A stretch of 64,000 nt of DNA from Chloroflexota bacterium (GCA_022565155.1 JADFKB010000001.1:17170-81169), one strand, 5' to 3'. Shown: positions 8,102 through 18,287, counted from the first letter of the stretch. Notes: a model not told the origin generated them from the sequence alone. Made by a program: numbers and translations.

Positions 8102-9097
8102 ATGTCGAGTACGTTCTACCGCGTAATGCGCACCCAACCACCGGTGGAGGTCGGCCCTAGCAATACAGTAATCAAGAACATGCGCGGAGACGCCCTGGAG
8201 ATGACGGTGTTCTTCGTCGGCAAGGGCGAGGCGATTCTCCTGCGCCGCCACAACAAGGCCCTCTTGATCGATGCCGGTGTGGGGCGAGGTAGCATTGGCG
8301 TTGCGCTGGGTGAGAAGATCGCTGATTACATTAGGAATCCCGATGATGATCCTAACAGCACTGGGCCAGGCCTTAGCCTAGTCGGCATCATCTCATCACA
8401 CCCCCATGTTGACCACATCAACGCTGCGCCGACGATCCTAGGGATGGTAGGTTCTACAAATCTGAGCCCAACTGCCAAATACTATTACAACGGATTCGAT
8501 GTTGGCGTCAGTCTCAAGCCTGCTCTCGATTCTGCCGTAAATAATGCATTCGGCAATGCGAAGCCCGTCGGTGGGAGCGCCGGCGGAGCGCACACGAACA
8601 ATAGCCCTATCGTTCCGCCTCTGTCCTCCGATGTCACGATCAGGATCGCAGTCGAGCACGACAGTCAGTTCGAGCCGGAACAAAAATATCGCTCGATCTT
8701 CATGAAGCTGCGATTTCGAAAAGCGAAGTTCATTTTCACGGGTGATGCCAATAAGAAATACGAAACGCAGATGCTCAATCTCCTCCCGGAGTCTTCGCAT
8801 AAGCAAGATCTGCTTAAGATCACGCATCACGGCAGCAGTGACGGCACCGGCGATACATTCGTTGAAAAGACCCAGCCCCGTATCTCAGTTGCATCCTCAG
8901 ACGCAGCTTCAAGCCACAGGCTTGAGCAGGACGTACGCGACAGGCTAGCGCCGTATGGCGTGGTGTTTGACACCCATACGGCAGACGGCGACATCATCGT
9001 CCGTACCGACGGAAAGAGGCGGAGGTTAGATGGCAAATACGGCATACTCTACGAGATAGAGGAGTCTAGCCCGGGCAGGGTGATGCCATCTATCTAG
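8102..9097 (+). CDS. Stand-alone MBL-fold metallo-hydrolase resembling the ComEC C-terminal domain
   Basis: SSHPHVDHINAAP (HxHxDH) and ITHHGSSDGTG motifs, N-terminal VFFVGKGEAILLRRHNKALLIDAGVG; visibly lower GC and unusual codons (AAA, AAT, ATT, TTA) compared with its neighbours. Confidence 0.75.
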   Translation: MSSTFYRVMRTQPPVEVGPSNTVIKNMRGDALEMTVFFVGKGEAILLRRHNKALLIDAGVGRGSIGVALGEKIADYIRNPDDDPNSTGPGLSLVGIISSHPHVDHINAAPTILGMVGSTNLSPTAKYYYNGFDVGVSLKPALDSAVNNAFGNAKPVGGSAGGAHTNNSPIVPPLSSDVTIRIAVEHDSQFEPEQKYRSIFMKLRFRKAKFIFTGDANKKYETQMLNLLPESSHKQDLLKITHHGSSDGTGDTFVEKTQPRISVASSDAASSHRLEQDVRDRLAPYGVVFDTHTADGDIIVRTDGKRRRLDGKYGILYEIEESSPGRVMPSI

Positions 9098-9255
9098 GCG
9101 ATATTCAGCAGTACTGAAGTAACTGTGCACCCGCATACGCAATAGCTCCCTACCCTGGTTGACATCACGATCTCGTGCTATACTGCGCAGCGAGCAGCCG
9201 ATACGCTGGGGTGGGCCGTCGGTCGCCAGTCCGTCTGAGGCGGACGAGGTTTGCC

Positions 9256-11664
9256 TTGACGAAAGTACGCTCCCGGCCCCGCCCTAAGGCGAAGGCCAAC
9301 ACCACCCGCAGCCGGCCCAACGTCGGCCGCCGGCGCAGCAGGCCATCGCCACTGGAGTCTTTGGGCCGCTTCCTGTTTCGGTTGGAGGCGATCGGCATCG
9401 CCCTCGTCGCCCTCGCCGTCATCTCTGTCCTGTGGCTGGTACCGGCGACTCGCGGCGCGACCGACCTTCGCGACGGCTTCGTCCGCACGTTCGGGCTGAT
9501 GGTCTTCGCGATCATCGGTCTGGTGGCATACCTCGGCCTCGCCGTCGTCCGGCGGCGGCTCGACCAGACCTTCGCCAGCTATCGGCCCTGGCTGATCGCG
9601 GCGTTGCTGGCGGCGGTTGTCAGCGGCCTGCTCGGCTTCTTCCGGCCGGACTGGCAGCTCGGCGACGTCACGCTCGCCGACGTCACCGCCGGCGGCGACG
9701 CGGGCCACCTGATGGCCGGCAGCGTTATCGGCATCCTGGTCTGGATCGGCTTTGGCCTGGCCGCCTTCGCGATCATCACGCCCTCCGGCGCTGAGGCGAC
9801 CACACGCAACCTCGGCCGCGGGGCGCGGGCCGTCTGGCGCTGGGGCCTGCCCGCACGCGCCTGGAGATCGGTCTGCGCCCTTACCCAACTGATCTTTCCC
9901 ACGCGCAGGCCGCCTCAGGGCGCGGAGAAAGTGCCGCTGGATAGCGTCATTTGGGCGCAGCAATCAGAGCCAGAGCCGAAGCCGCCGGCCCATCTCACCG
10001 CCGATGCGCCAGCTGCTGATGAAAAGCCGCCGCCGCCCGAAGTCGGCGAGCAAGCGCCGCTGCCGCTGGACGACGAAGAGACCGGCTCGCCGAGGAAGGC
10101 ACACGACGGCTGGCAGCTCCCCGCTGTTGACCTGCTGCGCGATGTCAACCCGCAAGGCGGCCAGCCGGACAACGCCGCCCGCGCGCGGCTGATCGTCGAG
10201 ACGCTGGCGTCGTTTGGCGTCGATGCGCGCGTTATTCAGATAAACGAGGGGCCGACGGTGACGCAGTTCGGAATCGAGCCGGGTTGGGAGATAAAGACGC
10301 GGCGCGTGCCGGAGCGAGACGGTGCGGGCAGGCCGTTGCTGGACCGCGACGGCCAACCAAAAGTCAAGCTGGAGGAGACATCGCGGACGCGGGTGCGGGT
10401 GAACCAGATCACATCGCTCTCGAACGACCTGGCGCTGGCGCTCGCCGCGCCGTCGCTGCGGCTCGAATCGCCGGTGCCGGGCAAGCCGTTCGTCGGCATC
10501 GAAGTGCCGAACCACACCGCGGCGCTGGTCACCCTACGCAGCGTCATCGAATCGCGGCAGTTCAAGCGCCTCTCGGCTCGTTCGCGCCTGACGCTGGCGT
10601 TGGGACAGAGCGTCGCGGGAGAGCCCAGCGTGGCGGACCTGGCGAAGATGCCGCATCTGCTGATCGCGGGCGCTACGGGCAGCGGCAAGAGCGTCTGCAT
10701 CAACGCGATCATCGCCTGTATCTTGATGCACGCCTCGCCGGAGGAGGTGCGATTCGTCATGATCGACCCGAAGCGGGTGGAGCTGGCGCAGTTCGCGGCG
10801 ATCCCGCACCTCGCCTTCTCCTCTATCATCACGGAGATAGACCAGGTCGTCGGCACGCTGCAGGCCATCATCCATGAGATGGAGAGCCGCTACCGCCGGT
10901 TCGCCCAGCTCGGCGTACGCAACATCGAAACGTACAACAGCCATGAGAGCTGCCCCAGCCAGCTCCCGTACTGGGTCGTCATCATCGACGAGCTGGCCGA
11001 CCTGATGATGGCGGCGCCGTACGAGGTGGAACGGCAGCTCTGCCGGCTGGCCCAGCTCGCGCGGGCGACGGGCATCCACCTGATCGTCGCCACGCAGCGG
11101 CCGTCGGTCGATGTCGTCACCGGGCTGATCAAGGCGAACTTCCCCACGCGCATCGCCTTCGCCATGAGCTCCCAGGTCGACTCGCGCACGATCCTCGACT
11201 CCGCCGGCGCAGAGAAGCTGCTCGGCCGCGGGGACATGCTCTTCATGCCAACCGACGCCGCCAAGCCGCGCCGGCTGCAGGGCGTCTTCGTCTCCGACCA
11301 AGAGGTGGAGCAGCTCGTCCAGTTCTGGACACAAGATCGCTTCCAGAACGTGGAGCGCGAGGTCTTCGACAGCTTGCTAGATGAGGCGAAGGACGCGATT
11401 GTCGAGGCCGAGGGGGAAGCTGACCCGATGCTGAGCCGCGCGATCGAACTGGCGCGCGAGCATCGCACGATCAGCACATCGATGCTCCAGCGGCGGCTGC
11501 GCATCGGCTACCCCAGGGCGGCGCGGGTGATGGACGACTTAGAGGAGCGCGGCATCGTCGGCCCGGCGGAGGGCCAGGGCAGCCGCGAGGTGCTGATCGA
11601 TGACAACACGAGCGAGGACGAGGCGCCTGCGGACGAGGCGGCGCAAAAGCAGCTACAGGTCTAG
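9256..11664 (+). CDS. ftsK: DNA translocase FtsK/SpoIIIE
   Basis: N-terminal basic region and TM helices, Walker A LIAGATGSGKSVCINAII, C-terminal winged-helix gamma domain (ISTSMLQRRLRIGYPRAARVMDDLEERGIV). The start is uncertain: a TTGACA...TATACT promoter at about 9158-9183 argues against the GTG at 9175, so I use the in-frame TTG at 9256. Confidence 0.85.
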   Translation: MTKVRSRPRPKAKANTTRSRPNVGRRRSRPSPLESLGRFLFRLEAIGIALVALAVISVLWLVPATRGATDLRDGFVRTFGLMVFAIIGLVAYLGLAVVRRRLDQTFASYRPWLIAALLAAVVSGLLGFFRPDWQLGDVTLADVTAGGDAGHLMAGSVIGILVWIGFGLAAFAIITPSGAEATTRNLGRGARAVWRWGLPARAWRSVCALTQLIFPTRRPPQGAEKVPLDSVIWAQQSEPEPKPPAHLTADAPAADEKPPPPEVGEQAPLPLDDEETGSPRKAHDGWQLPAVDLLRDVNPQGGQPDNAARARLIVETLASFGVDARVIQINEGPTVTQFGIEPGWEIKTRRVPERDGAGRPLLDRDGQPKVKLEETSRTRVRVNQITSLSNDLALALAAPSLRLESPVPGKPFVGIEVPNHTAALVTLRSVIESRQFKRLSARSRLTLALGQSVAGEPSVADLAKMPHLLIAGATGSGKSVCINAIIACILMHASPEEVRFVMIDPKRVELAQFAAIPHLAFSSIITEIDQVVGTLQAIIHEMESRYRRFAQLGVRNIETYNSHESCPSQLPYWVVIIDELADLMMAAPYEVERQLCRLAQLARATGIHLIVATQRPSVDVVTGLIKANFPTRIAFAMSSQVDSRTILDSAGAEKLLGRGDMLFMPTDAAKPRRLQGVFVSDQEVEQLVQFWTQDRFQNVEREVFDSLLDEAKDAIVEAEGEADPMLSRAIELAREHRTISTSMLQRRLRIGYPRAARVMDDLEERGIVGPAEGQGSREVLIDDNTSEDEAPADEAAQKQLQV

Positions 11665-11953
11665 AACCATCTAACTCATCGTTCTCCAGTGTGAAGCTGC
11701 CCCGCCCCGTCGCCGGCGACGGAAGGCGGCTTAGCGAGGTGTATACTAACGCTGCCTCGTGGCCTTGCATCGCGCTTTGATCCACCTCGGCATTCGGTCG
11801 ATCACCCCGCTGGATAGGCCGTGCACGCGGCCGAGAAGAGTTGGGGTTTTCCTATTCCCTCGGCTTGATCAACGACACCCTCGGCGTCATCCTGCAACAC
11901 GGTCACTCAGGTAACTAAACGAAGCTTCCAGCAAGAGTCACACGGAGCGTCTC

Positions 11954-11984
11954 AAGGAGCGCCTCGATTATCGAGGCGCTCCTT
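11954..11984. promoter_or_regulatory. 31-bp near-perfect palindrome (two 15-bp arms around a 1-nt centre) upstream of the S8 protease gene
   Basis: aaggagcgcctcgat-t-atcgaggcgctcctt; a TATAAT -10-like element lies at about 12024. Confidence 0.3.
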
Positions 11985-12062
11985 CGTATCGGTGGGCTGA
12001 TAGACCTCCAGACCTGCGATTAGGTATAATCGCTTGGAGCCGCGTTCCAAGGCACAGCTCCT

Positions 12063-13721
12063 ATGCCCAACCTGCCGTTACGACCAGCCATCATCGCAGC
12101 GCTAGCAGCCGTCCTGATCCTGGCTGGCACGTTGGGCGATGGCCGCGCGCCGGCTGTCTCCGCCGGGCCGTCCGTCCAGCCGCAGGTGTACCAGGCGATC
12201 GCCCGCCAGCCGGAGATAGACGTCATCGTCACGCTGCAAGCGCCGCCAGCGTTGGCCTCATCGCCAAGCGACTTGCGCGCCATCCGGTTTCAGGTCGCGT
12301 CGCGCCAGGCCCAGGTACTCGCCGGCCTGCCCGCGGGCGGCCTCGCGCTCAAGTATCGCTACGCGGCCGTGCCGGCGCTCGCCGGCCGCATCACGGCCGC
12401 GGGACTGGCGGCGCTGAGCCAACGGCCGGATGTAATCGAGATCGCATTGGATGGTGAAGGCGTCGCCGCGACGACACAGAGCGCCGCGCTGATCCACGCC
12501 GATGAGGTGCATGCGAGCGGCCTCACCGGCGCTGGCGTCGTCGTCGCGGTGTTGGACAGCGGCATCGATACAGACCACCCTGACCTGGCAGGAGACGTTC
12601 TCTACGAAGTCTGCTTCCTAAAGCTCGAAGCGTGCCCGGAGGCTCCCCATCCGGCCGAGGACAACTTCGGCCACGGCACCAACGTCGCCGGCATCATCAC
12701 CGGCGACGGCCAAGTCGCGCCACTAGGTATCGCGCCCGACGCCAAACTGGCGGTCTATAAGATCTTGGCCAGCAACGGCTCCGGCCGCTTTTCCGACTGG
12801 ATCGCGGCGCTGGACGACATCATCGCCAACCACCCGGAGGTCGATATCGTCAACATGAGCCTGCAGAGCGGCAACGCCTGTCCGCTGGCCGCCATGGCCG
12901 CCGCCATCTCCATCCTCCGGGACAGCGGCGTGCCCACCTTCATCGCAGCAGGAAACCACGGCATCAAGGATGCGCTGGCGATTCCTGCCTGTCTCGGAGC
13001 GGCGATCAGCGTCGGCGCGACGTACGATGGCGACAACGGCCGGGTAGACGGCTGGAAGGTCGACTGCACGGACGAAACGACCAGCGCCGACCAGGTAGCC
13101 TGTTGGTCCGACTCCGACGCCACGTTGGATCTTCTGGCGCCGGGGGCCAGCATCACATCCACGAGGGCCGGCGGCGGCGCGATCACGTTCAACGGCACGT
13201 CGCAAGCGGCGCCGCACGCCGCCGCCGTCGCCGCGCTGGTGCTGCAGGCGTTCCCTGATCTCAGTGTTGACGATCTGGAAGCGCGGCTGAAGTCGACGGG
13301 GAAGCCGGTGACCGACGACCTGCGCGACAACGACCCAAGCACGAACCGCACCACGCCGCGTATCGACGCCCGCGTCGCGCTCCTCGCAGACGGCGACGAC
13401 ACGGATGGCGACGGCTGCACCAACGGGGAAGAGTACGGGCCGGACCCGCGGCGCGGTGGCCAGCGCAACCCGCTGAATCCCTGGGACTTCTACGATGTGA
13501 ACGGGGACGGCGTCGTTAACATCTTCGACGATATCCTTGCCGTGATCGCCGCAGCCGGGCCGGATACTGGACCGGCGTACCAGCCGGAGCTCGATCGGTC
13601 GCCCGCCGCTGCCGATACCGCGCCGTGGCAGCAGGGCCCGCCCGACGGCACGATCGACCTCATGACCGACATCCTCGGCGTCGTTTCGCAGTTCGGCCAT
13701 CGTTGTGCTGGGCCGCAGTAG
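12063..13721 (+). CDS. Secreted subtilisin-like (S8) serine protease with a C-terminal dockerin module
   Basis: Signal peptide; VLDSGID (catalytic Asp), HGTNVAGII (His) and GTSQAAPHAAA (Ser) motifs; C-terminal DTDGDGCTNGEEYG...DVNGDGVVNIFDDILAVIAAAG matches the dockerin Ca-binding repeats. Confidence 0.85.
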   Translation: MPNLPLRPAIIAALAAVLILAGTLGDGRAPAVSAGPSVQPQVYQAIARQPEIDVIVTLQAPPALASSPSDLRAIRFQVASRQAQVLAGLPAGGLALKYRYAAVPALAGRITAAGLAALSQRPDVIEIALDGEGVAATTQSAALIHADEVHASGLTGAGVVVAVLDSGIDTDHPDLAGDVLYEVCFLKLEACPEAPHPAEDNFGHGTNVAGIITGDGQVAPLGIAPDAKLAVYKILASNGSGRFSDWIAALDDIIANHPEVDIVNMSLQSGNACPLAAMAAAISILRDSGVPTFIAAGNHGIKDALAIPACLGAAISVGATYDGDNGRVDGWKVDCTDETTSADQVACWSDSDATLDLLAPGASITSTRAGGGAITFNGTSQAAPHAAAVAALVLQAFPDLSVDDLEARLKSTGKPVTDDLRDNDPSTNRTTPRIDARVALLADGDDTDGDGCTNGEEYGPDPRRGGQRNPLNPWDFYDVNGDGVVNIFDDILAVIAAAGPDTGPAYQPELDRSPAAADTAPWQQGPPDGTIDLMTDILGVVSQFGHRCAGPQ

Positions 13722-13764
13722 GCCGGTGCGACCGGCCGTTCGATTCGCGTAGTATCGTAGATAT

Positions 13765-15345
13765 ATGGCAACGATCCTGCACCCCAGCATCCGCGCCGCG
13801 TTAGGTTGGTCGCTGCTCCTAGTCGCCGCTGGCGCAGCCGTTGTGTTCATAGGCAACGCGCGAAGCGCGGACGGCGCAGGTACGTCCTTCGGCGTTGCGG
13901 GACAGCCGGAGTTCGAACGCGGTACCCTCAGCCTGACGATTCAAGGGCCGACATCGCTGGCTTTCGGGCCGGACGGCCGCCTGTACGTTGCGTCAGAGAC
14001 GAAGATCGTCGCATTGACGCTCGATGCGGGCACGAACTCCGTTCTCGCTACGGAGCAGATCGCCACCGGCCTCGGAGGCGTGCTCGGCATCGCCTTCGAC
14101 CCGACAGCCACGACGCTCGCCCTCTACGCCTCCCGCCAGGAGCCGGGCGCGACGCCGGGGTACCAGGGCGCCGTCAGCGTCTTCACCGCCCCCGACTGGG
14201 AACGAACCGACGTAATCACCGGCCTGCCCAGCTCCGCGCCGCTGCTCAACCACCTCACGAACGGCCTCGCGTTCGATGCTGCGGGCAGGCTCTTCATCGC
14301 CCAGGGATCGAATACGGACGCGGGCATCCCCGATCCGCCCGGCAAGGAGCTCTACTGGCCGGAATCGCCGCTCTCGGCCGCGATTCTCGTCGCCGACATC
14401 CATGCGCCCGGCTTCGACGGTACCCTCACGTACGACCCGGCGGGGGAACCTGTCGACCACAACGTCGACCTGATTAGCGGCGATGTCGCCGTCTACGCGC
14501 CCGGTCTGCGCAATGCGTACGATCTGGTGCTGCACAGCAACGGCCACATCTACGCGACGGAGAATGGCGCGCTCGGGCAGAGCGTATCGCTCTCATGCAC
14601 GGAGGACGGCGGCAACAGCAGCACCGCCGACGAGCTGAACCTCATCGAAGAGGGGAGCTACTACGGCTTCCCCAACCGCAACCGGGGCCGCTTCGACGCT
14701 CGCCAGTGCACGTATCGCCCGCCGGAGGAGGCGAGCGGCACCGGCTACACCGCGCCGATCGCTGTTTTGCCGAACCACTGCTCCTGCGACGGCATCGCGG
14801 AGTACACCGCCGCGGCGTTCGACGGCGCGATGCTAGGCGATCTGATCTACGTAGAGCTGATCCGGGGCAACGTCACGCGCGCCGTGCTGTCGCCGGACGG
14901 CCGCTCCGTGCTGCAAACGGCGACGCTGGCCGGCGAACTCGATTGGCCGCTGGACGTTACGGTGCGAGCGGATGGAACGATCTTCATCGCCGAGTTCCGC
15001 GGCAACCAGATCACCTACCTCGCGCCTCTGCCCGGCGCAGAGCCGTCAGCAACGGTCACGGCCACACCGGTCGCGCCGCCGCGCGCCACCGCCACATCGA
15101 CGCCAGCGCCAACGGCGTCGCCTACCCCGGCGGCCACGCCCACACCGCCGCCGGCCGCTCCCGCCGGCGATGCGGACTGCAGCGGACTGGTGAACAGCAT
15201 CGACGCGGCGTTTGTCCTGCAACTGGTGGCGGGGCTGATCGGCACGGTGCCCTGTCCGCTGGCGGCCGATACGAACGGCAGCGGCGAAATCGACGCCATC
15301 GACGCCACGCTAATCCTGCAGATCGACGCCGGGCTGCTCGTCTAG
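13765..15345 (+). CDS. Secreted PQQ/SGL-type sugar dehydrogenase-like beta-propeller protein with a C-terminal dockerin module
   Basis: Signal peptide; glucose/sorbosone dehydrogenase-like repeats (LAFGPDGRLYV, YAPGLRNAYD); Thr/Pro linker; DCSGLVNSIDAAFVLQ...DTNGSGEIDAIDATLILQ dockerin repeats. Confidence 0.75.
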   Translation: MATILHPSIRAALGWSLLLVAAGAAVVFIGNARSADGAGTSFGVAGQPEFERGTLSLTIQGPTSLAFGPDGRLYVASETKIVALTLDAGTNSVLATEQIATGLGGVLGIAFDPTATTLALYASRQEPGATPGYQGAVSVFTAPDWERTDVITGLPSSAPLLNHLTNGLAFDAAGRLFIAQGSNTDAGIPDPPGKELYWPESPLSAAILVADIHAPGFDGTLTYDPAGEPVDHNVDLISGDVAVYAPGLRNAYDLVLHSNGHIYATENGALGQSVSLSCTEDGGNSSTADELNLIEEGSYYGFPNRNRGRFDARQCTYRPPEEASGTGYTAPIAVLPNHCSCDGIAEYTAAAFDGAMLGDLIYVELIRGNVTRAVLSPDGRSVLQTATLAGELDWPLDVTVRADGTIFIAEFRGNQITYLAPLPGAEPSATVTATPVAPPRATATSTPAPTASPTPAATPTPPPAAPAGDADCSGLVNSIDAAFVLQLVAGLIGTVPCPLAADTNGSGEIDAIDATLILQIDAGLLV

Positions 15346-16736
15346 CCGGCCTGGACGCCGGACATCCCGGGCGGGGCACCCATACGCGCCCCGCCGCCGA
15401 CCCGGTCGCCGGCCTCTGCCTGCTCCCGCCCCGCTTCTAGGTCACGATCCAAGGTGCGGAAGGCGGACATCGCGTTGAAGAGGATTACCACCGCAACCAC
15501 GGAGAGCAACCCGCCAACGACAACGACTCCCCGCACACCGTACGCCTCCGCCGCCACGCCGGCGGGAACTGCGCCCAGCGGCATCAGGCCGAAGGTCATC
15601 ATCATCACGCTCATCACCCGGCCGCGCATCTCTTCGGGAATGACGAGCTGGATCGCTGTGTTGTTCACCGTCATAAACACCATCGATCCGAAGCCGACAC
15701 AGCCGAGGAAGAACAGCGCGAGGTAGAACGACGGCGACAAGGCGAACAGCACCAGGAACGCGCCGAAGCCGATCGCGCCGCCGAGCAGCAGCCGCGCCTT
15801 CTTGGGATAGGCATCGAGGTTGGCGATGATCAGCGCGCCGATCAGGCCGCCGACACCGGTGGCCGCCTGCATCACACCGAAGCCACTCGATCCGACGTCC
15901 CAGACCCGATTCGCGAAGACGGGCATCAATATCATGTACGGCATAGCGAGGATCATGGGCACCGTGGCGAAGAGGATCAGCGCTACCAGCACTGAGGAGC
16001 GTTTGATGTAGGAGAAACCGCCGACGAAGTCCTCGAAGAACGTGAACTCGCGTTCGCGATTCGGCGGCATCGGCGGCAGGGCGGCCGTGACGGCGACGGC
16101 GCCGACGTAGAAGCCCGTCGTAATAAAGTACGCGCCGCCGATGCCGATCAGCGGCACGAGCAGCCCGGCCAGCGCCGGGCCGAGGATTCGGCTGATGTTC
16201 ATGGTGGCGGTGCTTAGCGCCATGGCGTTCATCAGCTTCTCGCGCGGCACCAGCGTCGCCACCAGCGCCTGTCGCGCCGGCATGTTGAATGCGAACGACG
16301 CGCCGGTCAGTGACGACGCGATCAGCAGGTGCCAGAATTCGATGGTGTCCGTGATGATCAGCACCCCGACCACCGTATTCATGACCACGAGGCTCGTCTG
16401 CGCGACAAGCAGCAGCTTCCGCCTATCCATACGGTCGGTGACGACGCCAGCGATGGGTGAGAGCAGCAGCATCGGCACGGCCACCGCCGCCATCAGGAAG
16501 CCGAGGTAGGCAGCGTTGTGCCACTTGTCTTCGACCAGCCAACCCCGCAGGATGATCATCATGTTCATCCCGAAGAAGAAGCCGATGTTGCCGATGAAGA
16601 GGTTGACGAAGTCGCGGTTGCCGGACAGCGAGGAGAACGTCTGCCGCCAGCCCCGGGACGCAGCCTGGCGCGGCGGGCCGCCGTCTAGGCTGCGCGGTTC
16701 GCTCTCGGAAGTGGGCGTGGGGTCTCCGTTAGGCAT
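15342..16736 (-). CDS. MFS transporter
   Basis: 12-TM MFS profile; ATG at 16736 preceded by TAAGGA is preferred over the TTG at 16775. Confidence 0.8.
   Translation of the reverse strand: MPNGDPTPTSESEPRSLDGGPPRQAASRGWRQTFSSLSGNRDFVNLFIGNIGFFFGMNMMIILRGWLVEDKWHNAAYLGFLMAAVAVPMLLLSPIAGVVTDRMDRRKLLLVAQTSLVVMNTVVGVLIITDTIEFWHLLIASSLTGASFAFNMPARQALVATLVPREKLMNAMALSTATMNISRILGPALAGLLVPLIGIGGAYFITTGFYVGAVAVTAALPPMPPNREREFTFFEDFVGGFSYIKRSSVLVALILFATVPMILAMPYMILMPVFANRVWDVGSSGFGVMQAATGVGGLIGALIIANLDAYPKKARLLLGGAIGFGAFLVLFALSPSFYLALFFLGCVGFGSMVFMTVNNTAIQLVIPEEMRGRVMSVMMMTFGLMPLGAVPAGVAAEAYGVRGVVVVGGLLSVVAVVILFNAMSAFRTLDRDLEAGREQAEAGDRVGGGARMGAPPGMSGVQAG
15370..15395. terminator. GC-rich hairpin between convergent genes
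   Basis: ggcggggc-acccatacgc-gccccgcc. Confidence 0.4.
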
Positions 16737-16803
16737 CCTTACGGAATCGTAGGAGATATCTAACGTCCACGTCAAGGTTAGGGCTGTGGCCGGAACAACT
16801 CGA

Positions 16804-18138
16804 TCAGCTCGCCGCGGTGGACTCCAGTGCGGCCTGCTCCCGCTCGCGCAGGCGGCGATAGCCCGGAAGCAGAAGCACGATCGCCAGCAGCATCAGCGCC
16901 AGCAGCGCGCCGACTCCGGCTATCATCGTCTGAACACCCCGAGCGTCTGCCAGGACGCTCTCCGGCAGAAACACGAACGGCATGATCGACCAGCTAAGCA
17001 TGTAGACGCTCATCACCCGCCCGTAGTACCGCGGGTCCGTGCTGCCGAGAATCATCGTGTTGTTCAGCGCCCAGTAGCCGTTCGAGGTGAACCCGACGAC
17101 AAGCAGCGCCGCCAGACCGAGCGACAAGTTCGGCATCAGCGCGAAGAGGATGAGCGACAAACCGAAACCGATACCGCCTATTATCTGGATCAGCGATCGC
17201 CTGGACGTATTGGTGAGTGACGCAACGCCGAGCGAACCCACCAGCGCCCCAACAGCCATGAAGGCCCCCATCATGCCCAACCCAACCGGCCCGACGCCAT
17301 ACACCTCCTCTTGGAACACAGGGAAGAACATCCGATACGGCATCCCCAACACGATTGGCACGAACCCCATCAGCAGCAGGATCGGCAGCACCTTATGGTC
17401 CCGGATGTACCGCAGGCCATCGACCAGTTCGCGGAACGGATGCGCCCGTTCGCGATCTCGCGACGGCTCTCCGCCGGGAATGCGAGCGATGAGCAGCGCC
17501 GCCACCGCGAAGCAGGCCGCCATCAGATAGTAGACGCCGGTGATGCCGATGAACGGGACGGCGATGAGGCCGCCCGCCACGGCCGGCCCGATGATGCCTG
17601 TCGACGTGAAGGCGGAGCTATTCAGCGCGACGGCGTTCATCAGCTTCTCTTCCCCTACCAGCTCCGGGATCCAGGCCTGCCGCGCCGGCACGTTGAACGC
17701 GAAGACGGTACCCGTGACGAGCGCGAGCACGAAGATGTGCCAGACGGCGATCACATCGGTCTGGATCAGCACGGCCGTCACCAGCGAGTTCACGACCATC
17801 GTCAACTGGCTGCCGGCGATCAGCCATCGCTTGTGCAGCCGGTCCGCCGCGACGCCGCCGATCAGCGTGAAGCAGAGTTGGGGTATCCCCCAGCCCAGGC
17901 CGACGATGCCGAGCGACGTCGCCGTTCCTGTCAGCTTGAACGTCAGGAAGCCCTGGGCCGTAATCATCATCTGGATGGCGCTAAAGGAGAAGAGCATGCT
18001 GATCCACAGCACGCGGAAGTGGGGGATTCGGAGCGACGAGAAGGTTCGCTTCCAACCTTCGCCCGAGATCTCCGGCCCTAGCTGCGTACTGGAAGCGCCC
18101 GCATGGGCCTGCGTCGGCGAATGCTGCGGTGACTTCAT
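16804..18138 (-). CDS. MFS transporter (paralog of the adjacent gene)
   Basis: Same architecture as the neighbouring MFS gene; the start could be the ATG at 18138 or the GTG at 18171. Confidence 0.8.
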   Translation of the reverse strand: MKSPQHSPTQAHAGASSTQLGPEISGEGWKRTFSSLRIPHFRVLWISMLFSFSAIQMMITAQGFLTFKLTGTATSLGIVGLGWGIPQLCFTLIGGVAADRLHKRWLIAGSQLTMVVNSLVTAVLIQTDVIAVWHIFVLALVTGTVFAFNVPARQAWIPELVGEEKLMNAVALNSSAFTSTGIIGPAVAGGLIAVPFIGITGVYYLMAACFAVAALLIARIPGGEPSRDRERAHPFRELVDGLRYIRDHKVLPILLLMGFVPIVLGMPYRMFFPVFQEEVYGVGPVGLGMMGAFMAVGALVGSLGVASLTNTSRRSLIQIIGGIGFGLSLILFALMPNLSLGLAALLVVGFTSNGYWALNNTMILGSTDPRYYGRVMSVYMLSWSIMPFVFLPESVLADARGVQTMIAGVGALLALMLLAIVLLLPGYRRLREREQAALESTAAS

Positions 18139-18287
18139 CTGGTAGCGAGCGGGGAACCTATCTCCATGCACCTTAGCGCTCGCTCACGGCTATCGTCAAC
18201 GGCGGGGCGCAGCAGGCTCCCCGCATCTATGCTCCCGCCCATACGCGTGATATAATCGCGCAGTAACTTCGCAAGAAGAGAGGCATT

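Noticed and set aside
7819-8160. 113-aa ORF inside the rnj/MBL intergenic region
   Set aside because: The composition is Arg/Pro/Ala-rich, and it is overlapped by a consensus-like promoter and stable hairpins. I interpret the region as non-coding.
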